DNA of 64,000 nucleotides from Thermodesulfobacteriota bacterium (GTDB lineage: Bacteria; Desulfobacterota; Desulfarculia; JACQYL01): contig CAXXLZ010000001.1 of the NCBI GenBank assembly GCA_963675595.2, forward strand, positions 256,001 to 320,000, read 5' to 3'. Made by a program: the position numbers and the translations under genes. Under the pieces are notes generated by a model, which saw only the letters and a list, made by a program, of their open reading frames with translations, was not told the DNA's origin and did no database searches. Below, one piece after another: positions 19,899 to 29,217 of this stretch (positions are counted from its first letter, which is position 1; each line of letters starts with the position of its first letter).

Positions 19899-22800
19899 CT
19901 AGAAGTTGACGGACAAGGTCAGAAAAATTTCCCGCTCCGGAATCCGACCGTTGAACACGAACAGATCCGTTACCCAGTCGAACTGCCGATCGAACAAGTT
20001 CCGTATGTCCAGACGGATGGCCCCGGTCTTTCCGGGAAACTCGTATGCGATTCCCAGGTCCGTGATCCAGAGGCTCTCGTTGGAGCGGTCGGCCGATTTC
20101 ATGTCCTGCAGTCGGAAAGTCTCGGACAACTGAGCGGAAATTCCGGTGGAATGGACGAAAACCAACCGAGCGCTTGCCAAGTGATCCCTCCGGTCCGTCT
20201 CGGGCAGGTTCTCATCGTCCACGTCCATGAACCGGTATTCCGCCGCGAAACCCAGGCCTTCACCCACGAGCTGGTTCCATGAGGTTCGGAATCCCCTTGA
20301 GCGCCCCCGTTCGGTGGATTCGACCACTGCGTCGTCTTCTCTGTAACTGGAAGTGAAGCGCCGCTCCAAATAGAAAAGGTTTGCGGCGACGAAACCGGAA
20401 GACCATTCGTATTCCCATGCCAGGTCCGCCTCCTCGGCCACGGCCCCTTCAAGGGCGTTGCGGAAGATGGGAATGCCGGCGATTTCGAGCGGATCGATAC
20501 GGTTGGCATCGAACGGCAGTAAATAGCGAAAGGCGGCCAGTCGGAAGGTGTGTCCACGGAACGGGCCGGCAATCAGGCCGAGACGGGGGTTGAATTCGTC
20601 TCTCGTCCAATGGGTTCCGTTGTACGAGTTGCTTTTGCGGATGGAGTCCAGATAGGCGGAAGCCTCGAGAACCAGTTGGGGCGTAAGAGTCCAAACGTCT
20701 TGAACGTAGTAGCTGTGAAACTCGTTGCATAGACGATTGGAGAACGTTTCCGGTTCAAGGGGAATTCGGTCGCCGTTTTCGTTGTAGAAGTAGTCGATCC
20801 GGGCGTCCAGGTCGTTGTCGCCCCAAAAATGCACCGTGCCCGCCATGAGCTGGTGATCGCCGAAACGAAACCATTGCTGGGCTTGGATTTGGATGTAGGG
20901 TCTGGCAAAGTCGTCCTGTTCCAGAGTCTCGATGGAAAAGGAGGGATCGGGAGGGAACTCGAAAGGGCCGTAAACCTCGTGATTCACCAGCGTTCCGTGG
21001 GTGTTCAGCAGGGTGGAGAAAAACATGAAGTCCGTGTGGGGGCTGAAATGATGATGATAGCCCAGTTCAAGGCGAGACAGTCGTGTCTTCGAGTACTCTT
21101 CCGGGTCCGCGGGACTCGAAACCTCGAAGCGAGGGTAGATCGCGTCCCCCTGTTTTCCGTCGAAGTGAGAGGCGGCCAGCATAACACCGTCACGGGGGGT
21201 GGGGTCCCATTTGAGGGTGGTGCTCGCCCCGCTGCTGCGTTCGTAGTCGGTTTCCCGCCAACCTTGGGTTTCGGCGTGATTCGCTCCGAAGGAGAAGGCC
21301 GTGTCGAGTCCCGGCAAAGCGCCGTAAAATAGGGCGCTCCCACCGAAGCTCTCCTGGGTGCCCATGTATCCCGTGAGTGTTCCGTTGATCGCAGGTCGTT
21401 CGAAAAACGACGTATAATCATTGAACCGGTTGAAGGAGTTCAGGTTGGCGGGCTGCAGGATGCGGGCCACGAGCGCTTCCGAGGCGCCCACTCGCCCAAG
21501 CCCTTCCTGAGCGAAATAGGCGCCGGAGAGAAACAGGTGCCCCGCGAAATTGGTGTAGTCCTGTTTTACGGAAGCGGAAGCCTTTCCGGCCGCCCATGCC
21601 GAGAGTCCCAGCTGGTCGTAGATGACGGACAGGTTGACATTTTTGACGGCCAAATCGCGATCCAGGAGAAAGCGGGAACGATATACGGCCCTGCGATCGT
21701 TGAGTTCCATGGAACGGTTCAATGCCTTCACGGCCTCGGAGGAGCGGTTGAGGTCCCTCAGCAGGATACTTCGATAAAGATGAGGTGTGGGGTCCTCCGG
21801 ATCCAGGATGGCGGCTTCTTCGAACAACTCCAGGGCCTTTTCGAAGCGGCCGGTTTGGGCGAGCATCTTGCCCCAATAACTCAGGAAGAGAGAGCGTCCG
21901 GGTTCCAGCAGCACGGCGGTGGTGATCTCCTCCTGAGCCCGGTTCGTTTCCCCCAAGCGCATGAAAGCCAGGGCCAGACCCAGGTGGGGTTCCGCCATAC
22001 CCGGATCGATATCCAATGCTTTTTCAAAAGAGGAGAGGGCCGATCCGGTCTTTCGGAGTGCGAGTCGGATGAAGCCGTGAAGATTCCAGGCGTCCGCCGA
22101 AAGGGGGGATTGATCCAGGGCCGTTTCCACCAAGGATCGGGCTTGATCCATATCGTCGCTTCCGAACTTCAGCCGGGCGAGGTGCACCAGAGCGGTGACG
22201 TTGTTCGGATCAAGGTCGATCGCGTGCTCCAAGGATTTGCCGGCGCCGTCCAGGTCGAAGACCGACTGCTGCACGTAGCCGAGCACGATCCATGAGGACG
22301 GGGAGGTCGAGGCGTTTTCGGTTCCCCGACGTGCTTGACCGAGGGCTGTCTCCTTGTCGCCCTCCAGTAGGGAGATGAGGGCCGTCAGACTCCACGCCGG
22401 TCCCATATCCGGGAACTTCCCGATTACGACTCTCAGAATTTCGCCGGCGTCCCGAATCCGTCGATCCCGCATAAGGATCAGGGCTTCCTGGATGCGGAAC
22501 CGGGGAAAGTCCGGATAGAGCGCGATACCTCGTCGGATCATTTCCAGCGCTTCCTCGGTTCGATTCGATCGCCCGTAAGCGGCGGAAAACCCCAGGAAGG
22601 TTCGTGCGTTCGGTTGGGACACGGAAGCAAGCAGCGACAGGGCTCCTTGGGGGTCGTCTTGATCCAATCGTGTCCAGGCAAGGCCGGTGAGAGCGTCGGA
22701 TCGACGCGGATGTTCCGAAAGCACTTCCCGGAACAAGGAGGCCGCGGCTTCCGCATCCCCCAAGTCACGCAGCAACCAAGCCAGGGCCTCTTTGCTTTCC

Positions 22801-23651
22801 GGATCTTGGGGGTCTTCTTCCAATCGTGTTCTCAGGCTCCGAAGTTGTTGTTCCGCTGAAGCCCGATCAACCGTGACAAGCGGCAGGTCCCTCGGCTCCA
22901 CCAAGTCCGGGAGCGTGATGGTCCATTGAACCGCGTCTTGCGGAGACAAGAGAAGCTCTTTGCTGATGGGCTTCCCCGGACGCGCGATGATGCGTTCTCC
23001 AGCCCGGACGTCGGTATTGCCCGTATCGTTCCACGCCGCCACGCTTCCCTCCAGCACCGTGAGAACGACGGTGCGGTCGGGTTCCACTCGCAAGTTGAGC
23101 TCCGTACCCCGGAGACCTCCTGTGATCGTGGGAGTTTCGATGTCGATGCGTGTGTCCCGGTTCTTGTTGCGGAACCAGGCTTCCCCTGATTCCAGCCGGT
23201 AGAGGGAATCGGAAGCCGACTCTGCTGCGGGTCGAACGGCCTGACGCCCCAGCCATCCGGCCGTGGGCGTGATCTTCTTCAGGATGAACAGGGTGTTTCG
23301 ATTGAGCTGAACGAGGGTTTCATCCGCGAGCAGCACGGCGGCCCAACCGTCCGCCCCGGTTCGGACCGCTTCACCGGCCTTCAACTCTGTTCCGGGGGCG
23401 GCTTTCTTCCACTCCGGACCCACGTGAAGGCTCACTTCCACCCGGCCTCTCGTGTCTATGATCTTGCCCGAGGGCGGAGCTTGAGCAGCGTGGGCAGAGG
23501 TTGCGAGGAACAACAGAAAACAACAGAGCCACAGGGCAAGCCCGAAGGAAAGGCAAGATGACCGCGGCACAGACGCCGAAACCTGACCGGCAAGTCCGGG
23601 ATTTCCTATCGGGATGCCCGTACTGCGCGGCTTCAGGGTTCGAAAAACCAT
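19899..23651 (-). CDS. FecR-domain / TPR / beta-barrel outer-membrane protein (start uncertain)
   Basis: FecR-like N-domain (GEAVRTGADG, IETPTITGGLRGTE), many TPR-like helices, barrel-like C-terminus IRNLFD...LSVNF. Confidence 0.8.
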   Translation of the reverse strand: MVFRTLKPRSTGIPIGNPGLAGQVSASVPRSSCLSFGLALWLCCFLLFLATSAHAAQAPPSGKIIDTRGRVEVSLHVGPEWKKAAPGTELKAGEAVRTGADGWAAVLLADETLVQLNRNTLFILKKITPTAGWLGRQAVRPAAESASDSLYRLESGEAWFRNKNRDTRIDIETPTITGGLRGTELNLRVEPDRTVVLTVLEGSVAAWNDTGNTDVRAGERIIARPGKPISKELLLSPQDAVQWTITLPDLVEPRDLPLVTVDRASAEQQLRSLRTRLEEDPQDPESKEALAWLLRDLGDAEAAASLFREVLSEHPRRSDALTGLAWTRLDQDDPQGALSLLASVSQPNARTFLGFSAAYGRSNRTEEALEMIRRGIALYPDFPRFRIQEALILMRDRRIRDAGEILRVVIGKFPDMGPAWSLTALISLLEGDKETALGQARRGTENASTSPSSWIVLGYVQQSVFDLDGAGKSLEHAIDLDPNNVTALVHLARLKFGSDDMDQARSLVETALDQSPLSADAWNLHGFIRLALRKTGSALSSFEKALDIDPGMAEPHLGLALAFMRLGETNRAQEEITTAVLLEPGRSLFLSYWGKMLAQTGRFEKALELFEEAAILDPEDPTPHLYRSILLRDLNRSSEAVKALNRSMELNDRRAVYRSRFLLDRDLAVKNVNLSVIYDQLGLSAWAAGKASASVKQDYTNFAGHLFLSGAYFAQEGLGRVGASEALVARILQPANLNSFNRFNDYTSFFERPAINGTLTGYMGTQESFGGSALFYGALPGLDTAFSFGANHAETQGWRETDYERSSGASTTLKWDPTPRDGVMLAASHFDGKQGDAIYPRFEVSSPADPEEYSKTRLSRLELGYHHHFSPHTDFMFFSTLLNTHGTLVNHEVYGPFEFPPDPSFSIETLEQDDFARPYIQIQAQQWFRFGDHQLMAGTVHFWGDNDLDARIDYFYNENGDRIPLEPETFSNRLCNEFHSYYVQDVWTLTPQLVLEASAYLDSIRKSNSYNGTHWTRDEFNPRLGLIAGPFRGHTFRLAAFRYLLPFDANRIDPLEIAGIPIFRNALEGAVAEEADLAWEYEWSSGFVAANLFYLERRFTSSYREDDAVVESTERGRSRGFRTSWNQLVGEGLGFAAEYRFMDVDDENLPETDRRDHLASARLVFVHSTGISAQLSETFRLQDMKSADRSNESLWITDLGIAYEFPGKTGAIRLDIRNLFDRQFDWVTDLFVFNGRIPEREIFLTLSVNF

Positions 23652-24594
23652 GAGTCGTTTTCTTGCGGTTTGAGAAGGCCAGGGATTGGAGCGGCAATGG
23701 GCAAACGAACCGACGAACAAAGCGGCCTCCGGTGTTATTGGACGCAATGTCTTTCTGAAGTCGTTGTGCTGATGGCTCATCGTTCTTTGATGATCGGTTC
23801 GAGGAAATCGTCGGGACAAAGAATCCGAGCCGTGCATCAACTTACCATAGGCGATTGAGAGTAACCACGGAAAATCAGGAAGTGCCCGGGATTCATGACG
23901 AAGCGGCGACACGCGGTCCGATCGTTCAACATCGTTGGGTTTCTATGACGAGATCGACATGTCTGGACGAACGTCGGAGAATCTATAATTGATGGACTTT
24001 CGAGAGGACGGCATAAGTGGATCCACGGCTGGAGGATCTTTAACGGACAATTCCGGCAGGAGCGTCCCTCTGATCCCGGACGAAGGGCGGTGTTAAAGCT
24101 AATTTATGGATATCATAGAGTTATTATCTGAGCAGAAAAGTGAAAAAGAACTCTGGAGCCCATGAGGGTTCTCAAGCCTTTGTGTCAACGGAGAGAAGAT
24201 GACGTTCGTTCAATCTATTTCTAATAGACCTCCGGAAAGCCGAAAATCCGGGCCATCGGGATGGATAGGATTGATGAACTGCTTTTAACATGTTGAATTT
24301 GAAGGAACTTTATCGGGGAATCCAGTTCCATGTACGTAAATGTGATTCAGGGTATAGTTCTTGCTCTCAAAAACATGGCCGTCCCTGGGGTGCCCGGGTC
24401 CGGTGCGGCTGTCCGTGCAGTCTTTTCGAAATGCTTGCAGGGCACCCGACGCCGGGATCAGGGCGGGGGAGTGTGGCAAACGGAGACCGTGTCGTTATTT
24501 CGCTTCTCGATCCCCCGGGCGGCTCCCGGGACCCCCGAAAGAGAACCGTGTTCCCGCTGGGGACACCACAAAGTCATCGATGGAGACAGGCAAC

Positions 24595-25044
24595 ATGGAA
24601 CAAACCGCGGGCAAGGTAAATGAAAGACGGGACGTCTTGGGCCAAATCCTAAGCGGAAAAGACGAGCAGTGGAGCTCCGACCTGGACGAACTCACCCGAT
24701 TGACCCGCATCGCAGCTTCACCCAGGCGTTTAGTGAGAATGCCGGAACCTTCCGCCAAGAAGACTGCGGCAACGTCTCGAAAGAGGGGCCCCAAGCGTAA
24801 GACCACATCCTACTTGTACCCGGTGCTCTTTGAACGCTTGGGGAAAGCCAAGTCTCGTCTCCGGAGGTTGGCCCCCAAAGAAATTCAGGTCAAAGTGTCC
24901 AAATCGGAAATCGTCAACTGTGCCCTCATGATGGCGCTGGACGAGTTCGACTCCACGGCCGACGACAGCCGACTGGTTCGACTGATGCTTTCGGACAAGC
25001 CGAAGAAGAGCGGACGCAAAGAATCACCCGGGGAAAGCTCTTAA
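24595..25044 (+). CDS. Hypothetical protein upstream of parA, possibly RHH-like
   Basis: GGAG SD before ATG 24595; basic KRKTTSYL segment and VSKSEIVNCAL helix; directly upstream of the ParA gene. Confidence 0.55.
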   Translation: MEQTAGKVNERRDVLGQILSGKDEQWSSDLDELTRLTRIAASPRRLVRMPEPSAKKTAATSRKRGPKRKTTSYLYPVLFERLGKAKSRLRRLAPKEIQVKVSKSEIVNCALMMALDEFDSTADDSRLVRLMLSDKPKKSGRKESPGESS

Positions 25045-25188
25045 CGAGTTTCCCGGACTGCGACCGAACGAATGTGAGCCCCTCCGGGGTCGCATTGTTC
25101 GCGGGATTCGAGTCCCGGGAGGAAGGGGACTTTTCATAATCAAACCATTTCCAGCACATTGGAAATAAGCTTCGAGGGAGCAAGGCCC

Positions 25189-26253
25189 ATGACGATCACC
25201 TGCCCCCAATGCAAGACCCGGCACGACATCGACGAAAGCCGGATTCCGCCTCAAGCTACCATGGCCCGGTGCAGAAGGTGTGGGCACCGGTTTCCGCTGG
25301 AGGCGAAGAGCAAAGGTAACGGCAACGGCAACGTATCGGAAGAATCCAAGAAAGCACTGATGGAAGAGGGCGGTCGGGAGGCCCGAATCATCGGTGTCAT
25401 GCTCAGCAAAGGCGGTGTGGGGAAAACCACCACGGCGGTGAACCTCTCGGCCGGATTGGCCATGGCGGGATTTCAAACGCTGCTTATCGACACCGACACG
25501 CAAGGGCAGGGAAGCTATATGCTGGGTGTCACGCCTGAGTGCGGGCTGACCGAGCTTCTGATGGGCGAGGTCGGACATGATGACGCCATTGTAAATGCGC
25601 GCGACAATCTCTGGCTCCTGGCGGGCGGGAAGTCGCTGGCAGGAGTGAAGCGGGTCATCGACCGTAAGGACTTCGGCGGTGAGTGGACCCTCTCGGAATC
25701 CTTGGCTCCGCTGAGCACCCGTTTCGATTACATCATTGTGGATTCTTCTCCCGGTTGGGACCCCGTCACGGTGAACGTGCTGTTTTACGTCCAAGAAGTT
25801 TTGACTCCGGTTTCCCTGGAAGCCATGTCGCTTCAGGGACTCTCCGAATTTCTCAAGAGTCTGAACGCCATTCGCAGGTACAACGACAAAGTCAGGCACG
25901 AGTACATTCTGCCCACGTTCCTGGACAAGCGGGTGAAACATCCCTTCGAACTCTTGGACAGGTTGTCCAAAATCTATCCTGATATCATGTGCAAGCCCAT
26001 TCGTTACAATGTGCGGCTTTCCGAAGCTCCGGCTTCGGGTATGACCATCTTCGAGTTCGCACCCCAGTCTCCGGGCGCTCAGGATTACGGCGAGCTGGTC
26101 AAGAGGATTGCCGGTGAAGGTAAAGGCATGACTGCGGTGAAGACGGCGGATGACGGTTCGACCGACGGTACTCGAGTCTCTTCTCCTCTCCACGAAAGGG
26201 GAGGCGCTCCGAAGAGTGCCCCCGTCGAGATTCGTTCGGTGACCGCGCACTGA
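25189..26253 (+). CDS. ParA-family ATPase with N-terminal zinc-ribbon finger
   Basis: MTITCPQCKT...ARCRRCGHRF finger; deviant Walker A KGGVGKTT; IDTDTQG; IIVDSSPG. Confidence 0.88.
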   Translation: MTITCPQCKTRHDIDESRIPPQATMARCRRCGHRFPLEAKSKGNGNGNVSEESKKALMEEGGREARIIGVMLSKGGVGKTTTAVNLSAGLAMAGFQTLLIDTDTQGQGSYMLGVTPECGLTELLMGEVGHDDAIVNARDNLWLLAGGKSLAGVKRVIDRKDFGGEWTLSESLAPLSTRFDYIIVDSSPGWDPVTVNVLFYVQEVLTPVSLEAMSLQGLSEFLKSLNAIRRYNDKVRHEYILPTFLDKRVKHPFELLDRLSKIYPDIMCKPIRYNVRLSEAPASGMTIFEFAPQSPGAQDYGELVKRIAGEGKGMTAVKTADDGSTDGTRVSSPLHERGGAPKSAPVEIRSVTAH

Positions 26254-26434
26254 GTTCGGGCTGTGAACGGCACATGTCGGTATCGCCGCCGACGATTTCG
26301 GAATCAGGGAAGCACAATACGGTTGGCCCGCGATTGCCGCTCTTCGGAGCGGCTGTGAGGGGACGCCCCGGAAGATTCGGGCGATCGACGACAATCATTG
26401 AATAGAGCCGACTCACGGCCCTAGGACGGATAAC

Positions 26435-27679
26435 ATGGAACTGGTTCATTCCGCCGCCCAGGATATTGTGGAAGAATCTACACCCAAAACCGGCCCCGCC
26501 AAGGAAGTGGTCGCTCTGGCCATTCAAGCGACTCAGGAGGTCTTTCGATACGCGGACAAGACCCACCCGGGCGTTGCCGTGCTGTTCAAACTGGGAGTCC
26601 GACGCCGAGCCAGGGCCATGAGCTTTGGAAGCGATCCGGGCGTTGCCAGGGAGAGACTGTTCCTGAAGCAACTGGCCCCCGGCACTCGCAGGCCGGAAGA
26701 GCCTATGGGCTGCGGTCCTTACCGCATACAAGCGCCCGTGGTCGACCTGCCCTCGACGCCCAATATCTATGATCGTTTGGCGGAGGCGGTGCAGGTGGGA
26801 CGAAAATCGCCTCAGGGGCTGAAAGACATCATTGCCGATCACGAAGGCTTGGAGTCAAATTTACTCCTCGCGGCCAACCTGGGGCTGTACGGTGAGGTCG
26901 GTCGAATCGATAACCTGGAACGTGCGGCGGCGCTCATCGGCGGAGACATGCTGTATTCTCTGGCGGCTTGCTTGGTGGTGATGGAGGATTTTCGGGATGT
27001 TCCGGAAGACCTCACGGAAGCGCGGGCATTTTTCCAGCATGGTTTGGCCGCCGGGGTTCTGGCACGTACCATTGCTTCCACCACGGAATTCGGAGACTAT
27101 TTACGTTTTTTTCTGGCCGGTTTCCTGCATGATTTGGGGCGGCTCATTGTGTTCAAGAACCGGCCCGGTGGGGCTGCACGGGCTCTGGCCAAAGCTCGGG
27201 AGAAGCAGGTCTTCCTTTCGTCGGTGGAGCCCGAGGAAATCGGATATGATCATGCCACCGCGGGAGGCGCCTTTCTGCGTCGATGGAATTTCCAGAGACC
27301 GATCCGTATCGCCGTTCTTAACCATCACGTGCCGGAAATAGCCGCCTCGGTGCGGGAAAGCGCCGTGATACACTTGGCGGATGCCATGAGTCGGGCCATG
27401 GGATACGGGTTCTCCGGCGAGTTCTTCGTGCCTCCGATTCGGGAGGCGGCTTGGGAATCTCTGGATTTGAGCCCCAAGGACCTCAAGGAGATCGGTCTGA
27501 GAGCGATGGAAATTCTCGATCCCCTTCTGGGCACGGAAGAGGTCGAGATGAGTGCCTCCGTTCCGGAGGTTAAGACCTCTGCCGACCCTGAGCCGAAGCC
27601 TTCCCAGTCGGAGCCCGTGCCTCAAGAAGGTGCATCCGCCGAGGTGGAAGACGCGGAAGTTCCATTCGAGTTCTTCTGA
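26435..27679 (+). CDS. HDOD domain protein
   Basis: LLLAANLGLYG, FLAGFLHDLGRL, GYDHATAG, NHH. Confidence 0.8.
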   Translation: MELVHSAAQDIVEESTPKTGPAKEVVALAIQATQEVFRYADKTHPGVAVLFKLGVRRRARAMSFGSDPGVARERLFLKQLAPGTRRPEEPMGCGPYRIQAPVVDLPSTPNIYDRLAEAVQVGRKSPQGLKDIIADHEGLESNLLLAANLGLYGEVGRIDNLERAAALIGGDMLYSLAACLVVMEDFRDVPEDLTEARAFFQHGLAAGVLARTIASTTEFGDYLRFFLAGFLHDLGRLIVFKNRPGGAARALAKAREKQVFLSSVEPEEIGYDHATAGGAFLRRWNFQRPIRIAVLNHHVPEIAASVRESAVIHLADAMSRAMGYGFSGEFFVPPIREAAWESLDLSPKDLKEIGLRAMEILDPLLGTEEVEMSASVPEVKTSADPEPKPSQSEPVPQEGASAEVEDAEVPFEFF

Positions 27680-27752
27680 GAGCACTCTCGCGCTTGAGTG
27701 TCCCCGAGACCTGCGGTGCGGTCATCTCCTCACGCAGCGGGTTCCGTCCGGT

Positions 27753-27950
27753 TCAATCGGAGGAGGTTTCTTCAAGCAATATGCGATGATCCACGAGGCT
27801 GAGCCTTTTGATCACCGCGCTGACTTCACGTCGTTCACCGAAAATGTTCACCAACACCAGCTTTCCGTCCTGGAACTCCGCCGTGTCGATGCTTTCGAGC
27901 AGTTTCTCTTCGTTTCCATCCTTTAGAATGTAGGCGTCTGCTTCACACAT
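27753..27950 (-). CDS. cooT: CooT-family nickel-binding protein
   Basis: MCEADAYIL...LVNIFGE...LSLVDHRILL pattern with Cys2; overlaps the stop of the upstream gene. Confidence 0.8.
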   Translation of the reverse strand: MCEADAYILKDGNEEKLLESIDTAEFQDGKLVLVNIFGERREVSAVIKRLSLVDHRILLEETSSD

Positions 27951-28380
27951 TATTAAATATCTCCCTAAGCTTGCGGATGATGATTTCAACCAGGTGAGGT
28001 AATGGTTCCTCGCGGATTCCTATAATTTCCACGGGCTCCTGGGTAAGCGGCACCAACAGCTTCAGAGCGGGGCTGCGGCCTATGGCCTCGGAGATGCCGG
28101 CGGTGACTTCCCCAAGCATCGCGTCGGCCAGCAACGTGGCGATGGGCGCGACAATGACGTCGGCCTGCCGAACCGTGCAGCGGATGGCGTTCTCTCCTGT
28201 GGCCCCCCGATTGGCTTTAGCCTTGAGCATCTGGGCCGTGGCAATGGAGTTGGTTCCCAGGGCGAGAATCTCAAATCTCTCACCGAACTCTTGCTTTATT
28301 CGTTTCACGATGCTGTACCCGATGCCGCCGCCCTGTCCATCCAGGACGCAGATTCGGGGTCTATGTTTTCCAGGGATCAA
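27943..28380 (-). CDS. DUF3842 family protein
   Basis: RICVLDGQGGGIG, ALGTNSIATAQMLKAKANRGATGENAI; TTG start at 28380 with GGAG SD. Confidence 0.8.
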   Translation of the reverse strand: MIPGKHRPRICVLDGQGGGIGYSIVKRIKQEFGERFEILALGTNSIATAQMLKAKANRGATGENAIRCTVRQADVIVAPIATLLADAMLGEVTAGISEAIGRSPALKLLVPLTQEPVEIIGIREEPLPHLVEIIIRKLREIFNNV

Positions 28381-28555
28381 GATTACGTTACTCCAGATGT
28401 CGAAATGTGAATTCTCGTGTATTCTCGGGGGCCTTAGGCGAGGCCTTCCAAAAGAACTCCCGAAAAGCCCGGACAAGGACTCCATGATCGAGTAGGTTGC
28501 CTCCGGCCTCATACCCAAACAAATCTTGGACTCCCCCTTCGTCCGGTCATGAACG

Positions 28556-28604
28556 AAAAAAGGCCACGGGCTTCCCGCTTCTGCGGGAGACGCCTTCGTG
28601 GCCT
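28556..28604 (-). terminator. Terminator-like hairpin in the leader of DUF3842-cooT
   Basis: Minus strand AGGCCACG...TCCCGC-AGAA-GCGGGA...CGTGGCC followed by TTTTTT. Confidence 0.6.
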
Positions 28605-28756
28605 CATAAGGGCAACTATTCGCCTTGCCCGACAAAAAGGCGGGCAGGCGGTTTGCCTATTCTTTCTCGAAAAATCCGAGGAAAAAATGTTCGCAACGGA
28701 TTTCGAAGCGGAATACTTTCCGCCGAGCACAACTTCCAATTGTGCTTTTCTACTCC

Positions 28757-28784
28757 ATTAGAAAATTGAGAAGGATCTTGTCAA
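28757..28784 (-). promoter_or_regulatory. Putative sigma70 promoter
   Basis: Minus strand TTGACA-N16-TCTAAT. Confidence 0.45.
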
Positions 28785-29217
28785 GGAAAACGGCCGAGTT
28801 TCGTAAAGGATATCCGGAAAAAAGTGCGGGGTATCGGTATATTAATCCGTCAAGCCGGAATTTCGTAAATACGTATCTCGCGGATTGCGCGCTCGCCGGC
28901 ATTGAGGCGTTTATCGTTCCCAACCCGTAGGTTGGATCGTTGCCCATCAGGCCTTGCATCGCCACCGGAACCGTTCTCAGGAGGTCGCGGCGGATGACTC
29001 GGTCGGGCAAGTCCGGCAGCCGATCCTATCAACCGGAAGATCAAGCCCGCCGCTCCGCGTGGGGTGACTTTTCCCCGGTTCGAGGGTATACCGGTGGCAA
29101 CGAGGTGGAGGAGGGAGCCGGAACTTGCACGAGGAGTCTGCGGGTCGGACGGCGGAAGCGCATCAAATTTGCAGGGTCGGAAGCACGTCTGAGCGGAGAT
29201 GATAAAGGGAGGGAGAC

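Noticed and set aside
23652-23912. N-terminal extensions in the ORF track (also 45687-45974, 28381-28635, 51754-51900, 24361-24594)
   Set aside because: Better starts lie downstream, supported by SD motifs or domain boundaries.
28600-28670. GGCAAACC on the minus strand suggesting a c-di-GMP-I riboswitch
   Set aside because: The GAAA tetraloop, the GACGCAAAGC segment and the second stem are missing.
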